Below, piece after piece: positions 46,944 to 57,159 of a DNA stretch of 64,000 nt (positions are counted from its first letter, which is position 1; each line of letters opens with the position of its first letter). Origin of the DNA: a virus; IMG/VR virus record IMGVR_UViG_3300032326_001134, positions 32,001-96,000 of that record. One strand, 5' to 3'. The position numbers and the translations under genes were made by a program. The notes under the pieces are model-generated. The model worked only from the letters and a program-made list of their open reading frames with translations. It ran no database searches and was not told where the DNA came from.

Positions 46944-47741
46944 ATGGCTAAATCAAAAAGAATAGATGTCAAAGATCTAACAAGAGGAGCTATAATTGCT
47001 CTCCCAATGGATCACCCAGATGCAATACATTTGCACCCAAATGATTATATTGCAATTAAAGCTGGGTCTATCGACTATTCAAGATATTTAAACTCAAATT
47101 TATATGCTACTGGAGGAGGATCAAATCTTTCCGAGCCAGCTAAAGAGCTAGAGCCAGATGTCCCAGTAGTTGGAGAATCGTTAGACATTCCATCATTGAG
47201 CGATATTGAAAGCATAGTTTATGAGCCGTACTACGACCCAGTACTAAAGGCTCAAAAGGTAAAAGCATTAATTAAAATTAGAAACTCCAGCGATAACCCA
47301 GCTAACATTGCTGGAATAGATTCAAGAATTTTTAATCAAACATCACAGGTCCAGGTTATATCAAATCAAAATTTGTCTTCTATTAGTTTTGTAGAGCCAA
47401 CGCCAACAAAGCCTACTGTTGTGTTTAAAAGAGATGGAAGTGCAGTATCGTGGGGATGGAACAATACTTCTGGATTTGGGACATACTCATCTGTTTCGTA
47501 CGAGTGGATTGTTAGCACCACAGACTCACCAACTGCTCCTGCTTTAAGTAGCGGTACAATTACATATCCATCTTCTGGAAACTATAAAATTGGAACTAGT
47601 AATTATATGAGACAATATAGAGTTAGCTCAAGAAATGGAGATACCGCATCTTCTTCTTCACCTAGGTGGCTAAGAGTAAGAACGGTGGTAGTTGGTGTAA
47701 ACGGACAAACATACAGGTCTGCGTACTCAACACCAATTTAA
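46944..47741 (+). CDS. Minor tail protein
   Basis: C-terminal Fn3-like beta domain; position. Confidence 0.55.
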   Translation: MAKSKRIDVKDLTRGAIIALPMDHPDAIHLHPNDYIAIKAGSIDYSRYLNSNLYATGGGSNLSEPAKELEPDVPVVGESLDIPSLSDIESIVYEPYYDPVLKAQKVKALIKIRNSSDNPANIAGIDSRIFNQTSQVQVISNQNLSSISFVEPTPTKPTVVFKRDGSAVSWGWNNTSGFGTYSSVSYEWIVSTTDSPTAPALSSGTITYPSSGNYKIGTSNYMRQYRVSSRNGDTASSSSPRWLRVRTVVVGVNGQTYRSAYSTPI

Positions 47742-47752
47742 TAGGAGACAAA

Positions 47753-48823
47753 ATGATAACAAAATTTGGAAAAAGGTTTTTAACAAATCAAATAGCTGGA
47801 AACGTGCCTAATTTAAATAAAGACATTGCTATTGGAGTAGACTACTCCGCAGAATCAGAGGATAACACCAGACTTGGATTTGAGTTTTATAGAGTCCCAG
47901 TTTTATTTGGAACAACTGATATACAAACAGAGGATGACTCCACAACCTACTCAGTTATATTTAAAACAACAATTCCTCAAGATGTTGAAGGAATAATCAA
48001 TGAAATTGGGCTATATCCATCCACAAGATCTTCTATCAATAACTTTGACAGTAAGTTTATAACAGATTTTGAGTCGTATTTAGACTGGACAGACACAGAT
48101 GGATTTAAGCCAGACTACCTTACATCTATTTCAAGAATAGGAAATACATTATTGCTTATGCAATCATTAGAGGGAAACTCAAATGAATACATATACAATA
48201 TTGAAAATTTAGATTTATCTGGATACAGTGTTAACGACAGTCTTAAATTAGCCTATTACAAACAAGATGAAAATCTAAATTCAATTAAAATTAAATTTTA
48301 CCACACAGACGATAGCTGGTTTTTAAAAACAATTACACCAGAATCTGGCACGGGTCATAAAATTACAGCCGACATACCCATGTCAGAAGTATTTAATGGA
48401 GCTACCTCACCAGGACCAGACAAATCAAATATAAATAAAATAGGAATTATAATTGAACCAATAGAGTCTGAAATATCTTATGTTGGATTTGATGGATTAA
48501 GAATTAATGACGAAGATACATTTGATCCAATTTTTGGATTAATTAGCAGGTCATTAGTAATTACAAATACTGCAATATCTGGAACCTCTGAAGAAAACAC
48601 CATAGTTGTAGATTCCGTAAGCAATTTGTTTGTTGGACAACCAGTGTCTGGAACTGGGGTAGCAGCAGGTTCGGAGATAACCAACATATCTGGATATACA
48701 GTAACTCTTTCAAAAAATAATATAGCAACAGTTTCTGGTTCTGGTAACTTCTATGGAATACAAAAATTAGCTGGAAGACCACTAGATCTTGAATATAGAT
48801 TAGATTTGGAATGGAATATATAA
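47753..48823 (+). CDS. Minor tail protein
   Basis: MITKFGKR..L.FEFYRVP..NEIGLYP; AGGAG RBS supports ATG 47753. Confidence 0.65.
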   Translation: MITKFGKRFLTNQIAGNVPNLNKDIAIGVDYSAESEDNTRLGFEFYRVPVLFGTTDIQTEDDSTTYSVIFKTTIPQDVEGIINEIGLYPSTRSSINNFDSKFITDFESYLDWTDTDGFKPDYLTSISRIGNTLLLMQSLEGNSNEYIYNIENLDLSGYSVNDSLKLAYYKQDENLNSIKIKFYHTDDSWFLKTITPESGTGHKITADIPMSEVFNGATSPGPDKSNINKIGIIIEPIESEISYVGFDGLRINDEDTFDPIFGLISRSLVITNTAISGTSEENTIVVDSVSNLFVGQPVSGTGVAAGSEITNISGYTVTLSKNNIATVSGSGNFYGIQKLAGRPLDLEYRLDLEWNI

Positions 48824-50881
48824 ATGGCTTATCAGGATCTGTTAATAGATAATTCCGTTGCTGTAGAGGGCGGAAACTATTTCATTATAACCGTAACAGA
48901 TCTAAATATAAATGAAACATATCCAATTCAGTTTAGATATAAATATCAAGACGGAACTTTTGGGTTATGGTCCGCATCTAGATTATTAGTTACACCAGGA
49001 GAAACTTTACCAGGAAGCCCAAGTTTATCTGTAACTGATGTCGTCGGCGATGATGGATTTATTAAAATTACCTGGAATGGTAATGATAAATCTGGTAGGC
49101 CAATAACAAACATAGACAGAATAGATATTTTTATTGATGGCGCACCATTTGATGGAACAAAAGCAGCGGGAAGTTTTAAAACAGCTGGGACACAAACCAT
49201 AGCTGCACCAGCAGGACAATATGCAGTAGCGTTATACGCTATTTCAAGTTATGGAAGCAAGTCAGCAGTTAGCGATGCACAAGATGTTATAGTTACAAAA
49301 TCTGGACAATCAATTTTAAATCCAGAAGATCCTTACGCTCCAACAGTTACATCTGGCCTGGCTTCTGTAATAGTTGGATGGAACGGAAAGAAGTCAGATG
49401 GGGATGGCGGATTTGAAGACTTTACTTCTGGAAGCTTTGCTGGAGCAAAAGTATTTATTGGCGAATCCCCAGATTTTATTCCAAGTGATAATAATTGGGT
49501 GCACACATTAAATTTTGCTAATGGTTATAATGAAGTTTCAATAGGTGTCGGAACAATAATAAATAAATCTTTAGGATTAACTTTAGGATACAACACCCCA
49601 TACTATGTAAAAATTGACACGATAAACGCAAACAAGGTAGCAAACGGTCAGCCTATATCTGCTGAAGGAAACCCAATTACTGTAGCAAAACTGCCAGCTA
49701 GTGAAATTACAACAGGATTTTTAGAAGCAGATGCTTATATTAAAGCTGGAGCAAGCAGTGGGGCAAGGGTTGAAATTTCTGGGTCAGCTAGCCCATTTGT
49801 AATTTATGGAACAGATGGAACGACAAAGCTTCTTGAGTTTATTGGAGGATCTACAGGAACATTAGCAATAAATGGATCTGGAACATTTACTGGAAATTTA
49901 GCTATCGGATCTGGAAATGAAATATTTAAAGCAGATCCTTCAGTAGGAATATGGCTTGGAAATGCAAATTTTGCAAGTTCAACATTTAGTGTAAGTAGAA
50001 GCGGATATCTTAAAGCCACAGTTGGAGAAATTGCTGGATGGACAATTGCTAGCACATATTTACAAAATGCAACAGGGACCATTAAGCTAAACGGTGGATA
50101 CGACCCTGCTTTATTCATTGGAAGTGCATCTGGCGCACACATAAGATTGGCACCAGACTCTATAGCCCATTATAATGGGGGATCTGCAACTGGTAAATTT
50201 ACATTAAATACTTCCACTGGAAATTTAACAATGAATGGTGGAACGTTAACAAATGGTGAAGTTAATTCATCAACAATAACTGGTACAACAATTAACGTAA
50301 GTGGAAGACAAATTGGAACTGGAACTAATATTGATTACTCAGAGTCCTCAGATACTTCTACAAAAATTAATTTTACTGAAGCAAATTACAGCATAATTCC
50401 AGGTTACGATACTCTGTCAGAAGAAGTTTCTACAGGATATTATGATCCTATTAATGAAACTTGGGTAAGCGGAGTTACAACTACTACAAATACGGTAAGG
50501 ACTCTTAAAATTACAGACTCAATTGAAAAGGGTGGAGTCCCATCATCTGGATATTATTCTGAATTATGGTTGCAAACTGGAACTTCTTCTGGCGACGCAA
50601 CAATATACGGAAACTATCCTGGAGGATATATAAGCTTTGAAGTTAGATCAAATAGTACCGAAAGGGCTTTTTATATAAATGGTTACGGCGAGAACTGGAC
50701 AAATAGACATGAGACAACAAGCTTCTCAGATCAGCCAGCAGTTCTACAGGCAGACGCAAATGGAAAAATAACTAGAGGAAGAGCCTTTTTTTCTTCAGGT
50801 GCTAGCTCTGCAACAATTTTAGGTGTGAACTGGCAAAATGTTGGACAAAATGGCGATATTGTATTTAGTACAAATAACTAG
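48824..50881 (+). CDS. Tail fibre/host-specificity protein
   Basis: Fn3-like N-half, SGARVEI, GEIAGWTI, Gly/Thr-rich shaft, ends GQNGDIVF. Confidence 0.7.
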   Translation: MAYQDLLIDNSVAVEGGNYFIITVTDLNINETYPIQFRYKYQDGTFGLWSASRLLVTPGETLPGSPSLSVTDVVGDDGFIKITWNGNDKSGRPITNIDRIDIFIDGAPFDGTKAAGSFKTAGTQTIAAPAGQYAVALYAISSYGSKSAVSDAQDVIVTKSGQSILNPEDPYAPTVTSGLASVIVGWNGKKSDGDGGFEDFTSGSFAGAKVFIGESPDFIPSDNNWVHTLNFANGYNEVSIGVGTIINKSLGLTLGYNTPYYVKIDTINANKVANGQPISAEGNPITVAKLPASEITTGFLEADAYIKAGASSGARVEISGSASPFVIYGTDGTTKLLEFIGGSTGTLAINGSGTFTGNLAIGSGNEIFKADPSVGIWLGNANFASSTFSVSRSGYLKATVGEIAGWTIASTYLQNATGTIKLNGGYDPALFIGSASGAHIRLAPDSIAHYNGGSATGKFTLNTSTGNLTMNGGTLTNGEVNSSTITGTTINVSGRQIGTGTNIDYSESSDTSTKINFTEANYSIIPGYDTLSEEVSTGYYDPINETWVSGVTTTTNTVRTLKITDSIEKGGVPSSGYYSELWLQTGTSSGDATIYGNYPGGYISFEVRSNSTERAFYINGYGENWTNRHETTSFSDQPAVLQADANGKITRGRAFFSSGASSATILGVNWQNVGQNGDIVFSTNN

Positions 50882-50890
50882 GGAGACAAA

Positions 50891-53269
50891 ATGCCAGTAG
50901 CATTTGTAAAAAGATCTGTCGATGGAGTTTCTAAATGGGTACAGATTAAAAAAATGTATTTAAAAAAGAATGGAAGCTGGACAGCCCTTGCTACTGCATA
51001 TCTAAAAAAGAATGGAGCTTGGAGTAAAATTTTTGCAGGATCTGGTCCTTCTTTAAATTCATCTCCTGTGATAACCCCACGATTAGGTGGAAAACTTTTT
51101 GACACCTATGACTCAACAAATGGAAGCTGGGACAATGCAACTACATATACAAGACAGTGGAGCAGGTCAGACAATGAAACTGGACCATTTGAAAATATTA
51201 CAAATGCAACTTCTACTTCATATAAAACAGTTTCTGGCGATGATGACAAATGGATTACTGTAACAGTAAGGGCATCTGATGGAACTAATTTTAACGAAGC
51301 TGCTGCAAAAGCAGTAAAGATAACAAAATATAAACCAGTTGCGTTAACCCTACCAGCAATTAGTGGTACATTGACAGAAGATTCAACAGTAACAGCCTTA
51401 ACGACACTTGGAACATATTGGAAAAATACCACAGATAATACAGGAGACACAGCACCAGATGATTTTACTTATAGGTGGTACTGGGGAGATACCACTGGAG
51501 ATGATCTTGGATATAGTTCTACATACACTATTCAAAGCACAGACGTTGGTCATACACTAAGGGTATCTGTAACTGCTACAAATACAGGTGGAGAAACAAC
51601 ATCAACTAGCAATGAGACATCCACAATCGGTCAGCCAATAGGAATATCGGATGTTGATTTTGAGGATGAAAACGGAGATAGTGGATTTAACAACAGAGAC
51701 AATCTAGTAACAGCCACATATTTAACATTAAAATTTAAAGTTTCTGGAGTAAATACTTCTACAACGTTTAGAGTAAGATACAGGGTATTAAATAATCAAA
51801 CTGGAGCTTACTGGAGTCCAGAGAGTGAGACAGCAACAACAGCATCTGCAGCATGGCTTGTGTACGAATCAGATTACTATAATGTTGGAAACATAAGCAA
51901 TGTTACAATATCTGGGGGAGATGCTTTTATATCAGATACATTTGTGATACCAGAGATATTTAATGGATCAACATTTAGTGGTGGTATTGCAAGATGGACC
52001 TGGGAGTATGATATAAGTGCAGTAATAGGTGGAAATAGATATTACTGGGTTCCTGGAGATACAGTTTCAAGAAGCTTTACATATGACTGGTGGGATATTG
52101 ATCCAACAACTAATCCAACGATAAGCCCTACATCAGCAACCAGGACCACATCGACTTCAGTTACATTTAGTGGAACACTCGCAAGCTACCCAGCATCACT
52201 TAATGCATATACACGTGCTTATAAAATGGTTTATGGTGACGGTACAGATAGCGGATGGTTTTATCCAAACTATGGTGCCTCAAATACAACATACAGTTTT
52301 ACAAAAACATATTCAACTGAAGGAACATACTATCCATATATAACTGCAATACCATACTATGCAGCAGCTTCTTCAACTATAACTGTATTCGATCCAAAAA
52401 CAAGAACACTTTCTTTTGATGCAAACGGTGGAACAGGGGCCCCAGCTTCACAAACTGGAACAGATAATGGATCGGGCGCAGTAATTACTATTACCGCTAC
52501 AAAACCTACAAGAACTGGGTATACATTTAGTAAGTGGAACACAAATTCTTCTGGAATTGGCACAGACTATAATCCATCTGGATCAATAACTCTGACATCA
52601 AATGTTACATTATATGCAGTGTGGACAGAAAATACAGCTGTTCTTTATACTGTTACATTTAGCAGCAATGGCGCTGGTGGAAGTCCATCGGTAGCTTCTG
52701 TCAAGCAAACATCGGAAGGTGGCACAGTTACATTGGCATCAAAAGGAACACTGGCATCTTCTGGCAATATTTTTGGGGGTTGGAGAACTGAGTCTTCTGG
52801 TGGAACCGTTTATGGATTTGGAGCTACTTTTACTCCTACTGAAAATATAACTCTATATGCTTACTATGGAGCAATCCCTACTTGTGCAGCACCCGCATGG
52901 ACTCTTGCAAATAACTTTAGAAGATCAAACACTGACAGTCAAATAATATGGTTTACGGATTTTCCTACACCATCTGGTGCCTATACAGCAATTGAAAGCA
53001 TGCAATTTCAAATAAGTACAACTGCAAGTACTTCGGGTATATTAATAGGAGATTCACCAATTGCCACCAGAGCGTATCCTGGAGCATTTACTTATCCATA
53101 CTCTGGAGCAGGAACAGTTTGGGGATTTAAATGCGGTAGAGACAGATCCTCAGTTGGTCAAGTTGCTGACGTTGCGTTTAATACAGCAAATAGATTTGCT
53201 AGAGCTAGAGTTAGAATGACAGGAATAGACGGACTTAGCTATCCAGGAACATACACGGGTTGGGTATAA
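50891..53269 (+). CDS. Tail-tip adhesin with Ig-like, PKD-like and InlB B-repeat (Flg_new)-like domains
   Basis: YTRQW..I.NAT..SY...DD; LSFDANGGTGAP..PTRTGYTFSKWNT..TLYAVW; N-terminal YLKKNGxW repeats. Confidence 0.75.
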   Translation: MPVAFVKRSVDGVSKWVQIKKMYLKKNGSWTALATAYLKKNGAWSKIFAGSGPSLNSSPVITPRLGGKLFDTYDSTNGSWDNATTYTRQWSRSDNETGPFENITNATSTSYKTVSGDDDKWITVTVRASDGTNFNEAAAKAVKITKYKPVALTLPAISGTLTEDSTVTALTTLGTYWKNTTDNTGDTAPDDFTYRWYWGDTTGDDLGYSSTYTIQSTDVGHTLRVSVTATNTGGETTSTSNETSTIGQPIGISDVDFEDENGDSGFNNRDNLVTATYLTLKFKVSGVNTSTTFRVRYRVLNNQTGAYWSPESETATTASAAWLVYESDYYNVGNISNVTISGGDAFISDTFVIPEIFNGSTFSGGIARWTWEYDISAVIGGNRYYWVPGDTVSRSFTYDWWDIDPTTNPTISPTSATRTTSTSVTFSGTLASYPASLNAYTRAYKMVYGDGTDSGWFYPNYGASNTTYSFTKTYSTEGTYYPYITAIPYYAAASSTITVFDPKTRTLSFDANGGTGAPASQTGTDNGSGAVITITATKPTRTGYTFSKWNTNSSGIGTDYNPSGSITLTSNVTLYAVWTENTAVLYTVTFSSNGAGGSPSVASVKQTSEGGTVTLASKGTLASSGNIFGGWRTESSGGTVYGFGATFTPTENITLYAYYGAIPTCAAPAWTLANNFRRSNTDSQIIWFTDFPTPSGAYTAIESMQFQISTTASTSGILIGDSPIATRAYPGAFTYPYSGAGTVWGFKCGRDRSSVGQVADVAFNTANRFARARVRMTGIDGLSYPGTYTGWV

Positions 53270-53430
53270 TGGATAACGATAAAGAAAACAAGATATACTA
53301 TATTTCATGTAGGATTAAATCCCTAAATGGAAAAATTAATTTAATTGAAACTGATGAAGCGTCTGGGGAGTCTTTAGAAGACCTACAGGCACAAATACAA
53401 GCATTGACTAATTTGATTGAAATGCTATAA
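53269..53430 (+). CDS. Small coiled-coil protein (not in ORF track)
   Basis: TAATG overlap; MDNDKENKIYYISCRIKSLNG...LEDLQAQIQALTNLIEML. Confidence 0.6.
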   Translation: MDNDKENKIYYISCRIKSLNGKINLIETDEASGESLEDLQAQIQALTNLIEML

Positions 53431-53447
53431 TATGAAAGGAGGACAAA

Positions 53448-53681
53448 ATGACTATTAATTTAACAAAAGAAGAAAAGACTCAAATCATATCTTCGCATAT
53501 TAAAAATCTAAATTATACAAAATACAATTTAGAACTTGATATTATTCAAGAAAATGCTAGAGTTACTCCATCTTTAAGTGCAATAAATAATTCTAATTCA
53601 CAAATGGATGAAGTAAATAATCAGATATTAGCTCTTGAAGCAGAGCTAACAGCAGTTAATTCCACAACAGAAGAGGCGTAA
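53448..53681 (+). CDS. Small coiled-coil protein
   Basis: AAGGAGG RBS; heptad-like C-terminus. Confidence 0.75.
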   Translation: MTINLTKEEKTQIISSHIKNLNYTKYNLELDIIQENARVTPSLSAINNSNSQMDEVNNQILALEAELTAVNSTTEEA

Positions 53682-53682
53682 A

Positions 53683-53862
53683 TTGGACAAAACACAACTA
53701 GTAATAACAGCACTACAACAGCGCATAGGAGAACTTGTATCTAATTATGAAACTCAGATTGCAGTATTACGTGCAGAAATTACTCAACTTATTGATGAAA
53801 AGCAGGAGCATGGAAAAGCTATTCAAGAGTACTCAGACTCACTTAGTAACCTCTCTATCTAA
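53683..53862 (+). CDS. Small coiled-coil protein (not in ORF track)
   Basis: TTG start with GAGG; MDKTQLVITALQQRIGELVSNYETQIAVLRAEIT... Confidence 0.65.
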   Translation: MDKTQLVITALQQRIGELVSNYETQIAVLRAEITQLIDEKQEHGKAIQEYSDSLSNLSI

Positions 53863-53906
53863 CCCTACTTCAGTAATTACGTTTAAGTCTAATAAGGCAA
53901 ACTAAA

Positions 53907-54818
53907 TTGCCTAGTATTTTTGTACAGATATCATCATTTCAAGATTATGAGCTACCACTCACAATACTAGACTGTATTGAAAAATCTTCAGGAAGTAACG
54001 AGATACACTTTGGTGTATTTAACTGCTACTTTAAAGATGATAAAATTAATCTCCCAGATGTTCCTAATATTAAATTTGAAGAGGCTGTAGCGCCAGACAA
54101 AATTGGAGTGGGAATAGGAAGATTTATAGCAAACTCTTTTTATGATGGAGAAGACTACTATTTACAGATTGATTCTCATACAAGATTTGTTAAGGACTGG
54201 GACAGTAATTTTATTTCAGACTATCTATATTACAAAAATGCCAACCTTAATCCAATTCTAACGACCTACCCAGGAGTATATCTTTATGGAGATAACGGCA
54301 TTGAGTATTTAGAAAATAATAGTACTCCGTATATAGGATTTTCAAATACAGACTGGGCACAAATGGAATTTTTTAAAAATAAAATATTGCCACAGGTAGC
54401 TATGACTAATAAAGAAAATAATATATTTACAAAAGGTGTATCTGGTGGACAGATATTTGGATCAGGAGATTTGCATAAAATTGAACCAAATAAAAAAATA
54501 CTTCATTGGGGAGAAGAGACCTTGTACTCTATTAGATTTTATACTCATGGATACGATCTATTGATTCCTAGGTCAAATAACCTATATCATCTATACTATA
54601 ATATAGATAGCGAAGAACTAAGTAAAAGAAAATTGCCTATAAAGTATTTTAAAGAAGAGACTAGCAGTCTACTAACAGAATCAATGTCAGAGCTATCAAG
54701 AATAATTGACAACAATGTTATAGGATATCAGGCTCTAGGAACAAAAAGAACCTTGTCAGATTACGAAAAATATGCTAAAGTAAACTTTAAAGTAGGAGTA
54801 ATAGAAGGAGAAGAATGA
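53907..54818 (+). CDS. Gnt1-like (Skp1-hydroxyproline GlcNAc-transferase family, GT60-like) glycosyltransferase
   Basis: SIFVQISSFQD.EL..TI, GVGIGR....Y.GEDYYLQIDSHTRF.KDWD, ILTTYP, GEE...S.R.YTHGYD, YHLY. Confidence 0.85.
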   Translation: MPSIFVQISSFQDYELPLTILDCIEKSSGSNEIHFGVFNCYFKDDKINLPDVPNIKFEEAVAPDKIGVGIGRFIANSFYDGEDYYLQIDSHTRFVKDWDSNFISDYLYYKNANLNPILTTYPGVYLYGDNGIEYLENNSTPYIGFSNTDWAQMEFFKNKILPQVAMTNKENNIFTKGVSGGQIFGSGDLHKIEPNKKILHWGEETLYSIRFYTHGYDLLIPRSNNLYHLYYNIDSEELSKRKLPIKYFKEETSSLLTESMSELSRIIDNNVIGYQALGTKRTLSDYEKYAKVNFKVGVIEGEE

Positions 54819-55213
54819 AAAATATATTCAAGACCACCCAGACACACCTAGTAACATCTCCGACTAATTTTCCTTCGGGAATTGCGGTTAAGACCAACAA
54901 GGCAACCTATTGGATTAAAGACAATAAAAGATATAGGCTTATATCTGATAGGGCTTCTAAGTCTTGGGCATTTACAACGGTTAATGCAACAGAAGAGTCT
55001 TTATCTTTAATTAAAATTGCTGGCAAGCTTGGATTTAGAGATGGCGCTTTGATAAAAAACATAGCAGATGGTAGAATATATTTAATATCGCAAAATAAAA
55101 AAAGGCATATTGTAGACCCAGACGTATTTACCAAGTATGGTTTAGATAGATCAAAAACTATAGAGGTAAGTGAAGCAGAGTCAAATGCTCATGATTTAGG
55201 AGAAAATTTATAA
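54815..55213 (+). CDS. Hypothetical protein with two internal repeats
   Basis: YWIKDNKRYRL and IYLISQNKKRHI repeats. Confidence 0.7.
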   Translation: MKNIFKTTQTHLVTSPTNFPSGIAVKTNKATYWIKDNKRYRLISDRASKSWAFTTVNATEESLSLIKIAGKLGFRDGALIKNIADGRIYLISQNKKRHIVDPDVFTKYGLDRSKTIEVSEAESNAHDLGENL

Positions 55214-55647
55214 TGGCAGAGACATGGAAGTCCGTAACATTTAATGAGGGTGCCCCACTTGACCCTAATGATTTAAATCAATTACAAACTAATTTAACAA
55301 ATGTATTTAATACATCAAAGTCACTATTAAATGCCACAAAAGACTCTAGCGGAACGAATAGAGTTGCCATCATAGATTCTGATACAGAAACTGTTCCTTT
55401 GAGCGGAAAAGCAAATGTCCCGTCGGCGGCATATGCAGTTACATTTAGCTCTTCCTTTAGCCCTTCTGTCGACATATCATTCACAGCCTCAGTTGGAGAA
55501 GCGCTGACTTCAAAAATGGGAACTGTCTCAGTAGCAGCAGTAGTTTCACCAAATACATTAAATGGCAAGATATACGTAACAACCAGTCTTGCATATGCTG
55601 GATCTATTAAAATAAACTGGATTGCAGCACAACTAAAAGACATCTAG
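55213..55647 (+). CDS. Hypothetical virion-type protein
   Basis: FNEGAPLDPNDLNQL N-terminus, INWIA C-terminus. Confidence 0.6.
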   Translation: MAETWKSVTFNEGAPLDPNDLNQLQTNLTNVFNTSKSLLNATKDSSGTNRVAIIDSDTETVPLSGKANVPSAAYAVTFSSSFSPSVDISFTASVGEALTSKMGTVSVAAVVSPNTLNGKIYVTTSLAYAGSIKINWIAAQLKDI

Positions 55648-55650
55648 TAC

Positions 55651-55716
55651 TTGACAGTACTTGGCAATATGCTACAATTTTTGTAGCAAACAAAGTCACG
55701 ACAACGTGACTTTTTT
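55651..55716 (+). promoter_or_regulatory. Promoter with overlapping palindrome and downstream terminator-like hairpin
   Basis: TTGACA-16-TACAAT; GCTACAA-ttt-TTGTAGC; AAAGTCACG-acaa-CGTGACTTTTTT. Confidence 0.6.
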
Positions 55717-55733
55717 AATTTAAGGGATAATGC

Positions 55734-56549
55734 ATGTCTAACGACTTAAAATGGATGTTATCGTCAGATCAACAGTTTCCATATCAAGATGACAAAATGA
55801 TTGAACTTTGGTTTAAGGTTATGAAATGGTTTAAGCCAGACGTGGTAGACTATTTAGGTGATACAGATGATCAGGCTTGCTATAGCAAGTACACCGAAGG
55901 CAAGCCAACTGAATTTTTAAAGGCATATAAAAATGATGATGTGGTAAATGATTTAGAGTTAATGATGAAAGACATGAGAATTGAAGCTAGTGGTGCAAGA
56001 GAATTTTATACTAGAACAAGAAAAATGTTGCCAAAAGCTGAATTATTTTCTGCATTAGGAAATCACGATATTAGAATTTTTGATTATCTTGGAAAGAAAA
56101 TTCCAGAATATGCCAAGTACGTTACTCCAGAAGCTCTATGGAGTTTAGATTCATTGGGCTACGATTATATTTATTATGATAGCCTTCCTAAAAAACGCTT
56201 TGGAGATATTCACGTGCATCACGGTATGTCAATCTCTGCAACTGGAGCAGTAAGAAAAGATATGGAAGACATGCAGGTGTCTTTAATTAGAGGACACTCA
56301 CACAGAATTGCTTCTCACATGGTTACCTACGAACTTAGAAATAACGGTAAAGGCGAAACATTAAGAGGTTATGAGATTGGTCACATGTGTGACGAAAAGG
56401 GTCCAGGAATGAAGTATACTCAGCACCACGATTGGCAAAAGGGATTTGCTATTGCTCATATTGAAAATGGAAAGTATCCACACGTTCAAATGATTCACGT
56501 ATCTCCAAACTATACATGCGTGGTTGATGGAAAGACGTTTAGCCTATAA
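55734..56549 (+). CDS. Calcineurin-like metallophosphoesterase
   Basis: SD.Q, LGD.DD, GNHD, HG, GHSH motifs. Confidence 0.88.
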   Translation: MSNDLKWMLSSDQQFPYQDDKMIELWFKVMKWFKPDVVDYLGDTDDQACYSKYTEGKPTEFLKAYKNDDVVNDLELMMKDMRIEASGAREFYTRTRKMLPKAELFSALGNHDIRIFDYLGKKIPEYAKYVTPEALWSLDSLGYDYIYYDSLPKKRFGDIHVHHGMSISATGAVRKDMEDMQVSLIRGHSHRIASHMVTYELRNNGKGETLRGYEIGHMCDEKGPGMKYTQHHDWQKGFAIAHIENGKYPHVQMIHVSPNYTCVVDGKTFSL

Positions 56550-56734
56550 TGTGGTGCTCTAAATGTAATGGAAGAGTTTTTGTTGACAGAGTATTTTCTC
56601 AAAAACTACATGTTGAACTTTTTTGTATGCTTTGTGGAAAAAGGTGGATGATAAATAAAGAGACAAGTAGGTTTGGTAAATGGTTAGAAAAAAAAGACCA
56701 GGAACTCGCAAAAAGTTTCTCTATTTCTTCTTAA
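56549..56734 (+). CDS. Zn-ribbon protein
   Basis: CSKC...CMLCG. Confidence 0.75.
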   Translation: MWCSKCNGRVFVDRVFSQKLHVELFCMLCGKRWMINKETSRFGKWLEKKDQELAKSFSISS

Positions 56735-57159
56735 ATAATAAACTTCATAAGGTAATTAGATCATCAAGATCCAAAGATGAGTTAATGGCCTGGTGCTATC
56801 TAGATAAAAAAAGAGTTCTATATTCATTTCAAGATGTGCAAAAAAACATGGAAAATGCATACACAATGAAACAGGTTGGAGAGATCTTAGGTAGACACAA
56901 AGTAACCCTAGAGGAATATATTTTACAGGGCAAGATTAGCCAGCCCCAAAGAATTTACCCAATAGGTAACCCAGAAAGCAAATGGTATAAATTTATGTTT
57001 AGTGAATCTAATATAATTAAAGTCCATGAGTATATACTGGAGGCTGGGTATTCTAATAATTTACCTTCAAAGGCAGAATTAAAAGCACTTCTCAAAAACA
57101 ATATGATATTGTATACTAAGACAGAAGGCGGATTTGTTCCAGTCTGGAAGGCGGACTAG
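56680..57159 (+). CDS. HTH DNA-binding protein (MerR/excisionase-like)
   Basis: YTMKQVGEILGRHKVTLEEYI..G.I..P. Confidence 0.65.
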   Translation: MVRKKRPGTRKKFLYFFLNNKLHKVIRSSRSKDELMAWCYLDKKRVLYSFQDVQKNMENAYTMKQVGEILGRHKVTLEEYILQGKISQPQRIYPIGNPESKWYKFMFSESNIIKVHEYILEAGYSNNLPSKAELKALLKNNMILYTKTEGGFVPVWKAD

